Origin: a virus
Strand: one strand, 5' to 3'
Length of the DNA: 62,690 nt
IMG/VR virus record: IMGVR_UViG_3300048915_000098
Location: 1 to 62,690 of that record
The position numbers and the translations under genes are program-made. The notes beneath the pieces are model-generated. The model was not told the DNA's origin. It ran no database searches and worked only from the letters and a program-made list of their open reading frames with translations. Below are positions 1-8,460 of the stretch, piece after piece. Each line of letters begins with the position of its first letter. The first letter of the stretch is position 1.

Positions 1-121
1 GGCCAGATGGCGCATCGCGGTCTTGACATCGATGCCGGGCTTCGGCACCGGGTAGCCCTTGAGTCCGCTGAAGAACCAGTCCGACTGCCACTGAGTCCAC
101 TTGTTGCCGTTGTGCCGCTTG
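1..121. repeat. Terminal direct repeat, left copy (121 bp, identical to 62570..62690)
   Basis: Base-by-base comparison: ggccagatggcgcatcgcgg...ttgtgccgcttg is present at both window ends. This implies circular closure or terminal redundancy. Confidence 0.95.
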
Positions 122-231
122 AACTCCTCGGGGATCTGAGCGTAGGGCGGCAGGAGCTTTGCCATGTCACTGCCGAAGACGGCGGACAGCTTGTCGACAT
201 CGGTTGGCTTCTTGAAAGAGGTCACGGTCAT
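1..231 (-). CDS. 5' part of a wrap-around gene (111-aa hypothetical protein; continues 62690 down to the stop at 62465)
   Basis: ATG at 231 with an AAGGA RBS. Reads MTVTSFKKPTDVDKLSAVFGSDMAKLLPPYAQIPEEFKRHNGNKWTQWQSDWFFSGLKGYPVPKPGIDVKTAMRHLA with no stop to position 1, then continues in frame through the repeat. Not in the ORF track because it is edge-truncated. Confidence 0.7.
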   Translation of the reverse strand, partial: MTVTSFKKPTDVDKLSAVFGSDMAKLLPPYAQIPEEFKRHNGNKWTQWQSDWFFSGLKGYPVPKPGIDVKTAMRHLA

Positions 232-271
232 TCCTTGTGTCAGTAGAAGAAGGGGCTCTGCGAGGTGCGGG

Positions 272-664
272 TTAGGCGTCGTCCTCGGCGGTCTCGATCT
301 CGCCGGCGCGAACTGTCATGAGCTTTTGGCCGCAGCAGCCGTAGTGCGCTACCCAGACCGGCGTGTTCTCACCCATGAGGAATTCGCCGCCTTTGTAGCC
401 CGTGAGTTCACGCCCCATGACGTTTCGGCAGCGCTCCAGCAGCTTGCCCGCGGTGCATTCCAGCTCACCGCGCTCGAAAGCGAGGTCGCTGTAGTAGCCG
501 CGGTAGCTGTGGGGCGAGCACAGCGACGGAATCACCGTGTCTGCCGGCATCGCTTCCAGCGCTGCGATCAGCTTTCCTAGCGTCATTTGCGTCTCGGCGC
601 GTTCCCGTCGCCACTCCGCACTCTTGGCGTCGAGCATTGCTTGGAAGGGGTTGAACTCGCTCAT
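272..664 (-). CDS. Hypothetical early-left protein (130 aa)
   Basis: ORF-track ORF. ATG 664 with an AAGGAA RBS; G/C-rich third codon positions. No recognisable domain. Confidence 0.7.
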   Translation of the reverse strand: MSEFNPFQAMLDAKSAEWRRERAETQMTLGKLIAALEAMPADTVIPSLCSPHSYRGYYSDLAFERGELECTAGKLLERCRNVMGRELTGYKGGEFLMGENTPVWVAHYGCCGQKLMTVRAGEIETAEDDA

Positions 665-716
665 GTCATTCCTTGGTAAGTAGAGAGGCCCTGCAGGGTG
701 TGCGGCGATGGGGGGG

Positions 717-905
717 TCAGGGAGCCTTGAACTCCGCCGGCGCGCTGGCCGGTTGTTCGGCGTGGTGGTCCCAGGTGTCGAGGAACGGCTCGCGCGCCGC
801 CCGGTGCTTGTTAGCCTCGATGGCGCCCAGCACGGCCATGCCGAAGGTCGCGAGGTTGAGGACGATCAAGGCGGCGTAGAGAAGGCGGCGGCGGGTGAAC
901 TTCAC
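717..905 (-). CDS. Small membrane protein (62 aa)
   Basis: GTG start overlaps the upstream stop (GTGA). One hydrophobic helix: LLYAALIVLNLATFGMAVLGAI. Confidence 0.55.
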   Translation of the reverse strand: MKFTRRRLLYAALIVLNLATFGMAVLGAIEANKHRAAREPFLDTWDHHAEQPASAPAEFKAP

Positions 906-1084
906 TTGGCGTAGTCCTTGGACTCAGAGGACGTGCCGCAGAAGGGGCACTTGGGGTGGTAGGACAGGTACGACAGGCCGCAGGCCGGGGCAGGACAGCG
1001 AACGGTGGTTGCGCGAGCGGTGGGCGCGGGTGCGGGGTGCTCGCGGCGCTCGCGGTAGTAGGCGGGGGTGCCTTTGGCGGGCAT
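902..1084 (-). CDS. Small four-Cys zinc-ribbon protein (60 aa)
   Basis: Trimmed from the 85-aa ORF to ATG 1084, just after the upstream stop at 1093. Contains CPAPAC...CPFC. Confidence 0.6.
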   Translation of the reverse strand: MPAKGTPAYYRERREHPAPAPTARATTVRCPAPACGLSYLSYHPKCPFCGTSSESKDYAK

Positions 1085-1092
1085 GGTGGTGC

Positions 1093-1617
1093 TCAGTGAA
1101 ACTGAACCGCGCCACCATCGGCCGCAAAGTCCATCGAAGCGCGGAACTCGCAATAGCACTCGTAGAAGTTGCGGCGCCCTTCGCTCTCGAACGTCTTGGC
1201 GCGTTCGTCGAACTCGGCGAAGTCCTTGGCCAGCTTCGCGGCCGTGACTGGCCCGATCAGGCCGTCGCAGTCGGTGAAATTAATGAGCTCAGAGAACGGG
1301 CCGGTGGCACCGTTCCATACCGCGGCGTCGTGGCGCATCTCGGTAGTGCCGTAGCGCGTGTAGGGTATGGCCTCGTAGCCGGCCAGCCTCGCCAGCTCCT
1401 CGCGCCAGAAGTTGTAGCCGCCGTAGCCGCCACTGAAGCCGTCGAGCGCATCCTCGTATGTGTAGATGCCCTTCTCAAGGCCGTCAGCACGCGAGACAAA
1501 GTCGCTGCTCGGGTAGAGGCGGACATAGTCCCGTTCGAGGTCGATGGGCTCGCCATCCTCGTCGCAGGGGCCGGCCCACTTGGTGAGCTTCTTGTATGCA
1601 GTCACGTCGAGTCCCAT
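1093..1617 (-). CDS. Hypothetical protein (174 aa)
   Basis: Trimmed to ATG 1617 (MGLDVTAYKKL...) with a GAAGGA RBS. An in-frame ATG at 1803 would add a 62-aa Arg/Cys-rich extension and is not excluded. Confidence 0.65.
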   Translation of the reverse strand: MGLDVTAYKKLTKWAGPCDEDGEPIDLERDYVRLYPSSDFVSRADGLEKGIYTYEDALDGFSGGYGGYNFWREELARLAGYEAIPYTRYGTTEMRHDAAVWNGATGPFSELINFTDCDGLIGPVTAAKLAKDFAEFDERAKTFESEGRRNFYECYCEFRASMDFAADGGAVQFH

Positions 1618-1920
1618 GGTGGGTCCTTCAGAATGTTTGGGCCGGGTTACCTTCGTCCCGGCTGCTGCAGGCTGCTGCAGGCTCCTGCAGCGGGTGGCGC
1701 TTTCGGCGCGCGGGCCTGGGGTCACAAATCCGCCGCTTCGACACTCGGTGACCTTGTCGTCGCAGCCGCGGGCCCGCTGCAGCGTCCCGCGTCGTGAGCA
1801 CATCGCTCTTGGGGTTAGGGTGGGCGGTCTGGGCGCAACCCCAGAATCGTTGCTTACGCCAGGGAGGCGTGGCGCACTCGGTCAGCTCACGGCGCTTGCC
1901 GCCGCCCGTGAAAGTGAGAC

Positions 1921-2565
1921 TTAGGTCGCGTCGTCCAGCGCCAGCAACTTCTCGCGCTCTTCGGGCGGGAGCTTCTTCACGGCCGACAGAATCTCGACCG
2001 CAGTGCGCCACGGCATGCGACGCGGCGCGCTCTGCGCGGCATGCCATGAGGCGCACAGGGATTCGTAGGTGGTGTCGGGCTGGGCGTGACCCATGTCCTC
2101 GCGCACTCGCGCCACGGCCTTCTCGATAGCTTCCAGCCCCTGGATGTTGGCGAAGGTGATGAGCATCAGCGTCTCGCCGTCCCTCGCGGCGCCGTTGCGC
2201 TGGCGCTCGACGCCGAGCCCCTGGCCATCGTTGCCGAAGAACAGCGCGGGCAGGCCTTCCCAGCTCGCATTGCCCACCTCGATCTTGCCGTGTCCCATCG
2301 CGATGACGGGGAACTCCGAGACGAGGCCATCGTCGATGGCGTGATAGCCCTCCTCGAAGGCCTTGGCCGGAGAGATGGAGGCATAGCCGTCCGAATAGAC
2401 CACGTAGTACTGTCCCTCTCCGGGTGTGAACTTCAGCGACCAGGTGGCGTCCTTCGCGATGCTCTCGCCATCCTCGAAATGGAGCGTGACGCCGTCGATG
2501 AGGTAGCCCTCGACGCGGACGATCTTGGCCGCATGGACGACCTTGTGACATTGAAACTTCTGCAT
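1921..2565 (-). CDS. Hypothetical protein (214 aa)
   Basis: ORF-track ORF with good codon bias. No domain recognised. Confidence 0.7.
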   Translation of the reverse strand: MQKFQCHKVVHAAKIVRVEGYLIDGVTLHFEDGESIAKDATWSLKFTPGEGQYYVVYSDGYASISPAKAFEEGYHAIDDGLVSEFPVIAMGHGKIEVGNASWEGLPALFFGNDGQGLGVERQRNGAARDGETLMLITFANIQGLEAIEKAVARVREDMGHAQPDTTYESLCASWHAAQSAPRRMPWRTAVEILSAVKKLPPEEREKLLALDDAT

Positions 2566-2644
2566 GGAGAGCCTTTCTGACGTGGAAGAGAAAAGGGGCG
2601 CAGGCGGCGGGAGGCTGTGAGGGCCGACTGGCGCCCGGAAATGG

Positions 2645-2977
2645 TCAGGCCAGCGGCTCGCCGTCGAGCTCGACCTGCGGCTCAGGGATCTGCTCCAGGC
2701 CGAGCGCGACGGCGACCTCGGGGCTGACGCGCGAGAACTCGAAGTCCTCGCGACGCAGAAGGATCGGCTTTCCGGTCGGCGCCATCGAGCCTTGGACGGG
2801 CGTGCCGACGACGAACGTCTCGTCGCTCGTCTCGCCCCGGAAGATCAGGTGTTCGTAGTCGCGGCTGCGCTTCGTGGTCTTGGGGCCGAAGCCGCCGAAG
2901 CCGCTGTCGATGACTTCGACGCGCAGGCAGCGAACGGAAAACAGTTCGTCGCGAATCGGGTTTCTGGTGAGAGGCAT
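2645..2977 (-). CDS. Hypothetical protein (110 aa)
   Basis: ORF-track ORF; AAGGA RBS before ATG 2977. Confidence 0.65.
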   Translation of the reverse strand: MPLTRNPIRDELFSVRCLRVEVIDSGFGGFGPKTTKRSRDYEHLIFRGETSDETFVVGTPVQGSMAPTGKPILLRREDFEFSRVSPEVAVALGLEQIPEPQVELDGEPLA

Positions 2978-3083
2978 GGATGTCCTTCGCTTGTTGCTAG
3001 TTGCTAGTTGGTGGTCGGGGCAGCCCGCACTCCGCCAGTGGTGCGTCTATCGCGGCGTCCCAGAACAGCCGCCCCGGAGAGGG

Positions 3084-3314
3084 TCAGGCCGTCTCGTGCG
3101 CCTGGTGGGGGTACTTGCCGACGACGTTGGCGGCGATGAACTTGCCGACGGACTCGGCCTTGTGCAGCGCGTCGACGACGTCCTGCTGGACGTCCTGGTA
3201 TTCGTAGCGCTTCTTGCCGTGAACGAACGTGACGGCGAGCGTCTTGGTGATGGGGTCGTAGCCCACAGCGCTGACGCTGCTGGACTTGACGGGCTTCATG
3301 TGGTGGATGGTCAT
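3084..3314 (-). CDS. KTSC-domain protein (76 aa)
   Basis: Trimmed from the 185-aa ORF to ATG 3314. SSSVSAVGYDPITKTLAVTFVHGKKRYEYQDVQQDVVDAL is a KTSC-like signature, recognised by eye. Confidence 0.7.
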   Translation of the reverse strand: MTIHHMKPVKSSSVSAVGYDPITKTLAVTFVHGKKRYEYQDVQQDVVDALHKAESVGKFIAANVVGKYPHQAHETA

Positions 3315-3331
3315 GCGGTGTCTCCTGGTTG

Positions 3332-4000
3332 TCAGAGGTTGAAGATCGAGGCGCCGCGGGCGACCACGTTGCGACCAGCGCCCGCGGCGATGCGGTTGGC
3401 CCAGCTCCTCGAGATGCCATGGCTTTCGGCAACCTCGCCGCGGTCGGCGCCAGCGCGGATCTGGTCGTGAACTTCCCTGGCGGCCTCGTTCGTGAGCGCG
3501 GAGCGGCGTGCGGCCGAGGCCGCCTTCGCTGCGGCCTGGGCCGGTGTGTTCAGCCGCCCGGTGTCGTTCAGCCAGCGAACGTATTCCCAGGGGGCGAGCA
3601 CGCGCACGCACTTCGGCGCAACGCAAAGCCGGTCCTGGCATTCAGAGACGACGAAATAGCCCTTGGGTGGCTGAACCTTGTTGCTCAGGAAGGCGACTTC
3701 ACGGCGCACAAGCACGGACTTGCCGCGCGTGCGTGCCTGCGGAACGCCTTCGCTGTTCGTGCCCTGCTTCCAGAGCCAGCAATCTCCGACGACATCGCAG
3801 CGGGCCTCGATGTCGGACAGCTTGAGCACCCGCGCCTTTGAGCGCTTGGCGGTCGGAACATCCTTTGCGCCCAACTCGCACATGATCTGGGCAGCCTCGT
3901 TCTCCAAGGCGGCCGTTTCCTCGGCGGCCAAAGCCATGAGATGGCGGCTGAGCTCGTATGCTGCAGCAACCTCGGCGGCGCTGATCGAGCGGTTGTGCAT
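3332..4000 (-). CDS. DNA-binding protein: degenerate HNH_3-like Cys core plus C-terminal HTH (222 aa)
   Basis: GDCWLWKQGTNSEGVPQARTRGKSVLVRREVAFL...SECQDRLCVAPKCVRV parallels the HNH endonuclease at 16879..17487, but the catalytic His positions are replaced. C-terminal HTH: GADRGEVAESHGISRSWANRI. Confidence 0.6.
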   Translation of the reverse strand: MHNRSISAAEVAAAYELSRHLMALAAEETAALENEAAQIMCELGAKDVPTAKRSKARVLKLSDIEARCDVVGDCWLWKQGTNSEGVPQARTRGKSVLVRREVAFLSNKVQPPKGYFVVSECQDRLCVAPKCVRVLAPWEYVRWLNDTGRLNTPAQAAAKAASAARRSALTNEAAREVHDQIRAGADRGEVAESHGISRSWANRIAAGAGRNVVARGASIFNL

Positions 4001-4962
4001 TACGCCGCCCTCAGCGACTTCTTCTCGAAGACACGCACGCCGTCGATCTTGGTGTTGGCGCCGAGTGCCTTGACGTAGGCCCGCATCTTCACGCCATCGA
4101 CGATCAGCAGGTTGGCGAGTTCAGGCTGAGTGTCGAGGCGCATGGCGATGTCGACGATGACCTTGGCCATGTTCTCGACTTCGTAGTCCATGGTCTTGCT
4201 GGTCGACAGGCCACTGACCTTCAGCGGCGCGGCAACGGTCGGCGCGGCAACGACGACGGCGGCCACACTCTGCACAGCGGCGACTTCGAGAGCGGCGGCG
4301 TGGGCGGCGGCGTCGCGCACGCGCTGCGCCTCCTGTGCCTCGGCCGCAGCCTTCTCGCTCGCAGCCTTGGCGGCAGCTTCCGCGGCGGCGGCGGCGGCGG
4401 CGTTGCCCGCGGCGGCCGCGGCGGCGGCTTCGTCGGCGAGGCGCTTCTGTTCGGCCGCGGCGGCGGCTGCACGCTCAGCTTCGGCGCGCACCAGCGCCTG
4501 GCGCTCCGCTTCAGCGCGGGCAGCGATAGCGCGCGCCTCATCTTCGAGGCGGCGGCGCTCGGCGGCGGCAGCCTCTTCGGCCGCACGTCTCGCGTCGGCG
4601 GCAATCTTCTCCTGCGCCGCTGTGTAGCCGAGCATCTTGTTCTTGATGATCGTCTCGGCCGCCTTCAGCGTCTTGAGGTGCGGCTGGAAGCGAGCGTTGA
4701 TCTTGTCGAGGATCGCGTTCAGCGGGCCCGTGAAGCCGGTGCGATCGGCCTCCATCGCCTTCCAAGCATCCTTGATGCCGGTGAGTTCGGCATGCGCGCA
4801 CTTGTAGTCGTCCTCCGTCTCGACACTCATGCTCTCGACCATGCGCAGGAACGAGTTCGCGCGCTTGGCGATGCGGACCGAGTCCGGCGCCACCATGGCG
4901 GCGATCGGCGCGAAGATGTTCTCCATCCCCTCGACGGGGCGCTCTTGGGTTTCCGTGGTCAT
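4000..4962 (-). CDS. Ala-rich coiled-coil protein of the recombination module (320 aa)
   Basis: Trimmed from the 397-aa ORF to ATG 4962, which overlaps the exonuclease stop (ATGA). Long AEAERAAAAAAEQKRLADEAAAAAAAG coiled-coil stretch flanked by globular ends. Confidence 0.65.
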   Translation of the reverse strand: MTTETQERPVEGMENIFAPIAAMVAPDSVRIAKRANSFLRMVESMSVETEDDYKCAHAELTGIKDAWKAMEADRTGFTGPLNAILDKINARFQPHLKTLKAAETIIKNKMLGYTAAQEKIAADARRAAEEAAAAERRRLEDEARAIAARAEAERQALVRAEAERAAAAAAEQKRLADEAAAAAAAGNAAAAAAAEAAAKAASEKAAAEAQEAQRVRDAAAHAAALEVAAVQSVAAVVVAAPTVAAPLKVSGLSTSKTMDYEVENMAKVIVDIAMRLDTQPELANLLIVDGVKMRAYVKALGANTKIDGVRVFEKKSLRAA

Positions 4963-5555
4963 TTCAGGTTGCTCTCTTTCCACTTGAAGACGTTGACGAA
5001 CGAGACGAACGTCGAGAAGTCGTTGGGGCTGGTGAACTCGTGCAGCCGGTACGTGCCGTCCGGCTTGAGTTGCAGCGCAGCGCGCTTGATTGAGGTCGGG
5101 CCCTTCTCGCCGACAAGCTCGCGCGGGAGCGCGCCGACATAGCCGGCCGTCTGCAGCGCGGTGGCCGGATTGATCGCCAGCGGCGTCTTCCAATCGATCA
5201 GCCAGCGGGCACCGTCGAATTCGGTGAGCAGGTCGAGCTTTCCGGCATAGCCGTAGACGGCGTGGTAGACCGGGAGCTCAGTCGCGATAACGTTGGTGAC
5301 CTTGTCACGTTTGAACTTCCGGTACCCCTCCAGATAGCCGCGCACGCTGCTGTGCACCGATTCCTCGACCAGGTCGTTCGCGTCATCCAGCTCGCAGGCG
5401 ATGTGCACGGCGGTGCCGAGTTCGGCCTTCGCCTCCAGAACATCACGCGACACCATGGAGAAGTCGAAGCACTGTTTGAGCACCTGGGTGACGGAAGGCA
5501 CCCGCGCGCCGTTCCATCGGTACTCGTGCAGATCAGCGTCGAACGTCAGCATCAC
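4959..5555 (-). CDS. PD-(D/E)XK family exonuclease
   Basis: Motifs GTAVH, YAGKLDLL, WLIDWKT and QTAGY. The start (GTG 5555 or ATG 5552) overlaps the recT stop. Confidence 0.75.
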   Translation of the reverse strand: MMLTFDADLHEYRWNGARVPSVTQVLKQCFDFSMVSRDVLEAKAELGTAVHIACELDDANDLVEESVHSSVRGYLEGYRKFKRDKVTNVIATELPVYHAVYGYAGKLDLLTEFDGARWLIDWKTPLAINPATALQTAGYVGALPRELVGEKGPTSIKRAALQLKPDGTYRLHEFTSPNDFSTFVSFVNVFKWKESNLK

Positions 5556-6496
5556 GAAGCCGCCAGCAGTTCCGACTTCAGGGCGTCGAATTGCTCCGCC
5601 GTCATCGTCGTGTCCATGGCCTTGATCTGCAGGCGGCCCAGCAGCGCCGAAACCTGCTCCTCGCCCATTTCGAGCGCAGCGATCTTCTGCTGCAGGTACT
5701 TGACCTGGCCCGGATTGATCGTCGACGCGGCGGCCGGCGTTTGCGCAGCCGGCTTCGGCGGCGGCGTCGTAGCTTGGGCTGGCGCGCTCGTGGCGCCCTC
5801 CTCCATCGTCGCGATGGGCGGCGTGGTTGCACCCTGTTCGCTCTTGCGCTGGGGCGTCAAGTTGGTCGGCGTGACAGTGCCGCTGGGGCCGAGGTCGAAG
5901 TCATAGGACTTGCCCTCCATCTCGTCAGCGGTCGGCTGGTTGCCGACTTCGGGGAACCCCTTGCGCAGCGCCTGCGCCTCGGCACACTTGGAGAGCTGCG
6001 CACGGACGCGCTTCTTCCACATCGCGTTCGGCATCTTGGAATCGCTGCCCGCAGTGGCGTAGTTCTCGGTCCAGTACTCGGTAGCCGTGAAGGCGCAACG
6101 CTGACCGCCGATCAGGCGATAAACCGTCACGCGGCACCATTCGGGGTACTGCATCACGAAGTCGCCGACCTTCAGGTCAAGCATCGGGCCGAACACCGGC
6201 TCATCGGTGCCGGCGTGCTCGCCAGTGCGCGCCGCCTGGATGCGGTACAGACCGATGGCGGGCATGACGGTGTCGCGCCATTCGTACTGGTCGCGCGAAC
6301 CTGCCTTCTTGCAGCGCATCGGCACGATGTGCGCTGGCTTGAGCATCGGGTCGAGGCTGCGCGCGGTGCAATAGCCCAGCACCAACTTGATCGACTCCCG
6401 CTTGGCGCCGGGAAACAGCGAGGCCTCCATGACGTCGAGCAGTTCGCTTTCGGTCAGCGCGAGCGCGCTGCGCTCGGTCGTCGTGACAGCATTCAT
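5552..6496 (-). CDS. recT: RecT-family single-strand annealing recombinase
   Basis: 314 aa. Contains LDPMLKPAHIVPM...IGLYRIQAARTGEHAG...NAMWKKRVRAQLSKCAEAQALRKGFPE, typical of RecT. Confidence 0.85.
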   Translation of the reverse strand: MNAVTTTERSALALTESELLDVMEASLFPGAKRESIKLVLGYCTARSLDPMLKPAHIVPMRCKKAGSRDQYEWRDTVMPAIGLYRIQAARTGEHAGTDEPVFGPMLDLKVGDFVMQYPEWCRVTVYRLIGGQRCAFTATEYWTENYATAGSDSKMPNAMWKKRVRAQLSKCAEAQALRKGFPEVGNQPTADEMEGKSYDFDLGPSGTVTPTNLTPQRKSEQGATTPPIATMEEGATSAPAQATTPPPKPAAQTPAAASTINPGQVKYLQQKIAALEMGEEQVSALLGRLQIKAMDTTMTAEQFDALKSELLAAS

Positions 6497-6525
6497 GGTT
6501 CAGTTCCAGGAAAGGGGTAGGAAGA

Positions 6526-6669
6526 TCAGCGGCAGAACAGGTGCGCCAGGAGACGAGCCAGCCAGCCGCCCTTGAGCGAAAGCGAGCGCGGCGGCGTCGG
6601 CCAGCGTTGTTCGGTGGTGCGCGGCGCGAAGCCGGTCCATGCGCCAGAGGTGTTGCGGTAGTCGTTCAT
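6526..6669 (-). CDS. Small hypothetical protein (47 aa)
   Basis: Trimmed to ATG 6669 with a GGAG RBS; high GC3. Confidence 0.45.
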   Translation of the reverse strand: MNDYRNTSGAWTGFAPRTTEQRWPTPPRSLSLKGGWLARLLAHLFCR

Positions 6670-6704
6670 GCGGTGCTCCAAGTTCTTAAGGAAAACGGGG
6701 CGCA

Positions 6705-6932
6705 TCACAGACCCACCGCGGGCGGGCAGCCGGCCGTGATGAGCAGCGCGCAGCCGGCGGCCACCAGCGTGATCGCGAGAACCAGGCGCAGCGCCGAGAA
6801 GTCACGGCGACGCGCCGTAGCGGGCGTGGGGCTGCGCGACTCCAAGGGGTAGGACACGTCCTCCTCCATGGCGGTGCAGCGGTGGAGTTCCGTGTTGATC
6901 CAGACCACGTTGGTTCTGTTGCGGGTGTTCAT
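6705..6932 (-). CDS. Small membrane protein (75 aa)
   Basis: ATG 6932 overlaps the upstream stop (ATGA). C-terminal TM helix: LRLVLAITLVAAGCALLITAG. Confidence 0.55.
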   Translation of the reverse strand: MNTRNRTNVVWINTELHRCTAMEEDVSYPLESRSPTPATARRRDFSALRLVLAITLVAAGCALLITAGCPPAVGL

Positions 6933-7330
6933 GCTTCCTCCCTTGAGGGGTTCCAGTAGACCGTTTCCCCGACCTTGACGGCCCCGGCGCCACCGAGGAA
7001 TCGCGCGGTGTTGGGGATTTGGTCGGCGTAGCGCTCCGGAACGTCGCCGCCAGCCCAGAGGTCATAGGTCGTGACCTTTCGGCCATCGAAGTACTCGATG
7101 TCGAAGCGCCGGCCAGCCATGCCGTTGTGCCTTCCGCCCTTGGGCCGATCGCCGACGCCGTAGATGCGTCCGTCGATGACTGTTTCGTGCTTCTTCTCGA
7201 CCTGCACACGCCAGAAGGCACAGGTAAAGCAGACGCCATGGGCATCCATGGCATTTTTCTCGGCGCAGGTCGAGGTGTACGCCGTGGGGTAGCCCTTGAC
7301 CCCGCAGTCGCTGCACTGAAGTTCAGCCAT
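6929..7330 (-). CDS. Cys-rich hypothetical protein (133 aa)
   Basis: Trimmed from the 178-aa ORF to ATG 7330 (MAELQCSDCG...CAEKNAMDAHGVCFTCAFW). Overlaps the upstream gene by 8 nt. Confidence 0.6.
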   Translation of the reverse strand: MAELQCSDCGVKGYPTAYTSTCAEKNAMDAHGVCFTCAFWRVQVEKKHETVIDGRIYGVGDRPKGGRHNGMAGRRFDIEYFDGRKVTTYDLWAGGDVPERYADQIPNTARFLGGAGAVKVGETVYWNPSREEA

Positions 7331-7871
7331 GCGCCACCTCCCGCACCACCGCTCCCGACCCATCCGTCGCCGCCATGCCGCGCGCGAACGCGAGCACGGC
7401 CGGGTCGGTCTTGACCGGCGCGGGGATGTCGAACAGCTCGCCCAGCGTGATGGAGTCGTCGCCAATGCTTTCGCCGAGTTCGACGGTGCCGTGCAGCACG
7501 GTGCGCGGCTTCTTGGCCTGCTGGATCGACGCGTGGGCGTCGGACATCGCGTGCCGGAACGTAGGCCGGTAGTCGAGCGTGAGCTCGCACTCGGCCAACA
7601 GCGCCTCGAGCGCGGCGAGTGGCGTCGGGATGTCGGTCGAGGCCGGCGCGCGCACGGTATGGTCGCGGCGGTCCGGCACCGGAAACTGATGCACGGCGTA
7701 CATCGTCCGCGCCGTGTTGAAGTGCAGACACACGATCGACTTCAGCAGCGCATCGAGGCTTTCGAAGTTGGCATGCTGACCGTGAGCGGCTTTGTCGCGG
7801 AGGTCCTGGATCGCGGTGTGCAGGCGCTTGGCCGCGTCGTTCGCGTCGGTGGAGTGGCGGGCGGCGCTCAT
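7323..7871 (-). CDS. Hypothetical protein (182 aa)
   Basis: Trimmed to ATG 7871, overlapping the upstream stop (ATGA). Confidence 0.6.
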   Translation of the reverse strand: MSAARHSTDANDAAKRLHTAIQDLRDKAAHGQHANFESLDALLKSIVCLHFNTARTMYAVHQFPVPDRRDHTVRAPASTDIPTPLAALEALLAECELTLDYRPTFRHAMSDAHASIQQAKKPRTVLHGTVELGESIGDDSITLGELFDIPAPVKTDPAVLAFARGMAATDGSGAVVREVAHG

Positions 7872-8314
7872 GCTTCCACCTCGGCATAGCCGTAGGAAAC
7901 CCAGCGATCCGTCTGCTCGTCGACCAGGCGCGAGCTGTAGTCGACGCCGTCGACGAGGTCGTCGACACCCTTCTCCGCCGCGATGGCCTTGCGCCACATC
8001 AGGTAGGCGCGATAGTGGGCGGCGTAGCGGTCGCGCACGTCCACGGGCATGCGGTCGAACTTCGTGGCCGGGAACACGTCGGCGCGCAGGAACGTGGCGC
8101 CCACCGGCATCAGCTCCTCGACATCCGGCATTTCCGCCAGCGGCGAAGCCTCCTGCACGGCGATGATTCGCTCGTGCGCCACCTCGAAGTCCGAGCCATC
8201 GGCCGCCAGCTTGTCGAAGCGGAAGTCGATGGTGACGACCCAGGGCACGGACGATGCGATCGCCTTGATCGCGCCGGAGAGGGTCAAGCCCTCCAACAGT
8301 CTCGCGTGGTGCAT
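7868..8314 (-). CDS. First gene of the leftward early operon, hypothetical (148 aa)
   Basis: ORF-track ORF. GGGAGAG RBS before ATG 8314; sits downstream of the PL-like promoter. Confidence 0.65.
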   Translation of the reverse strand: MHHARLLEGLTLSGAIKAIASSVPWVVTIDFRFDKLAADGSDFEVAHERIIAVQEASPLAEMPDVEELMPVGATFLRADVFPATKFDRMPVDVRDRYAAHYRAYLMWRKAIAAEKGVDDLVDGVDYSSRLVDEQTDRWVSYGYAEVEA

Positions 8315-8354
8315 GCTGCTCTCCCGTGATGCCTCGGCTGAGGCGACGGGATGC

Positions 8355-8397
8355 AGTTTAAGCGCGGCGCTTTCGTTTCGTCAAGCGCGTCGCTTCA
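8355..8397 (-). promoter_or_regulatory. PL-like promoter with two operator-like palindromes
   Basis: The minus strand reads GAAGCGACGCGCTTGACGAAACGAAAGCGCCGCGCTTAAACT. The -35 is TTGACG (8379..8384), followed by an 18-nt spacer and -10 TAAACT (8355..8360). AAGCG-N3-CGCTT sites overlap the -35 and the spacer/-10. The layout is the same as PR. Confidence 0.5.
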
Positions 8398-8412
8398 TTA
8401 TTTTTAAGCGCG

Positions 8413-8434
8413 AAAAAGCCCGCGCGCGGCGGGC
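8413..8434 (-). terminator. Rho-independent terminator after the repressor-lipoprotein operon
   Basis: Minus strand: GCCCGC-CGCGC-GCGGGC hairpin followed by TTTTT, 27 nt downstream of the lipoprotein stop. Confidence 0.6.
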
Positions 8435-8460
8435 CTTGTTCAGATTGGGGGGCTTCTGGC

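Noticed and set aside
6802-7968. 388-aa minus-strand ORF
   Set aside because: It is an alternative frame over three translationally coupled small genes. The sequence is Arg/Pro-rich with no start context.
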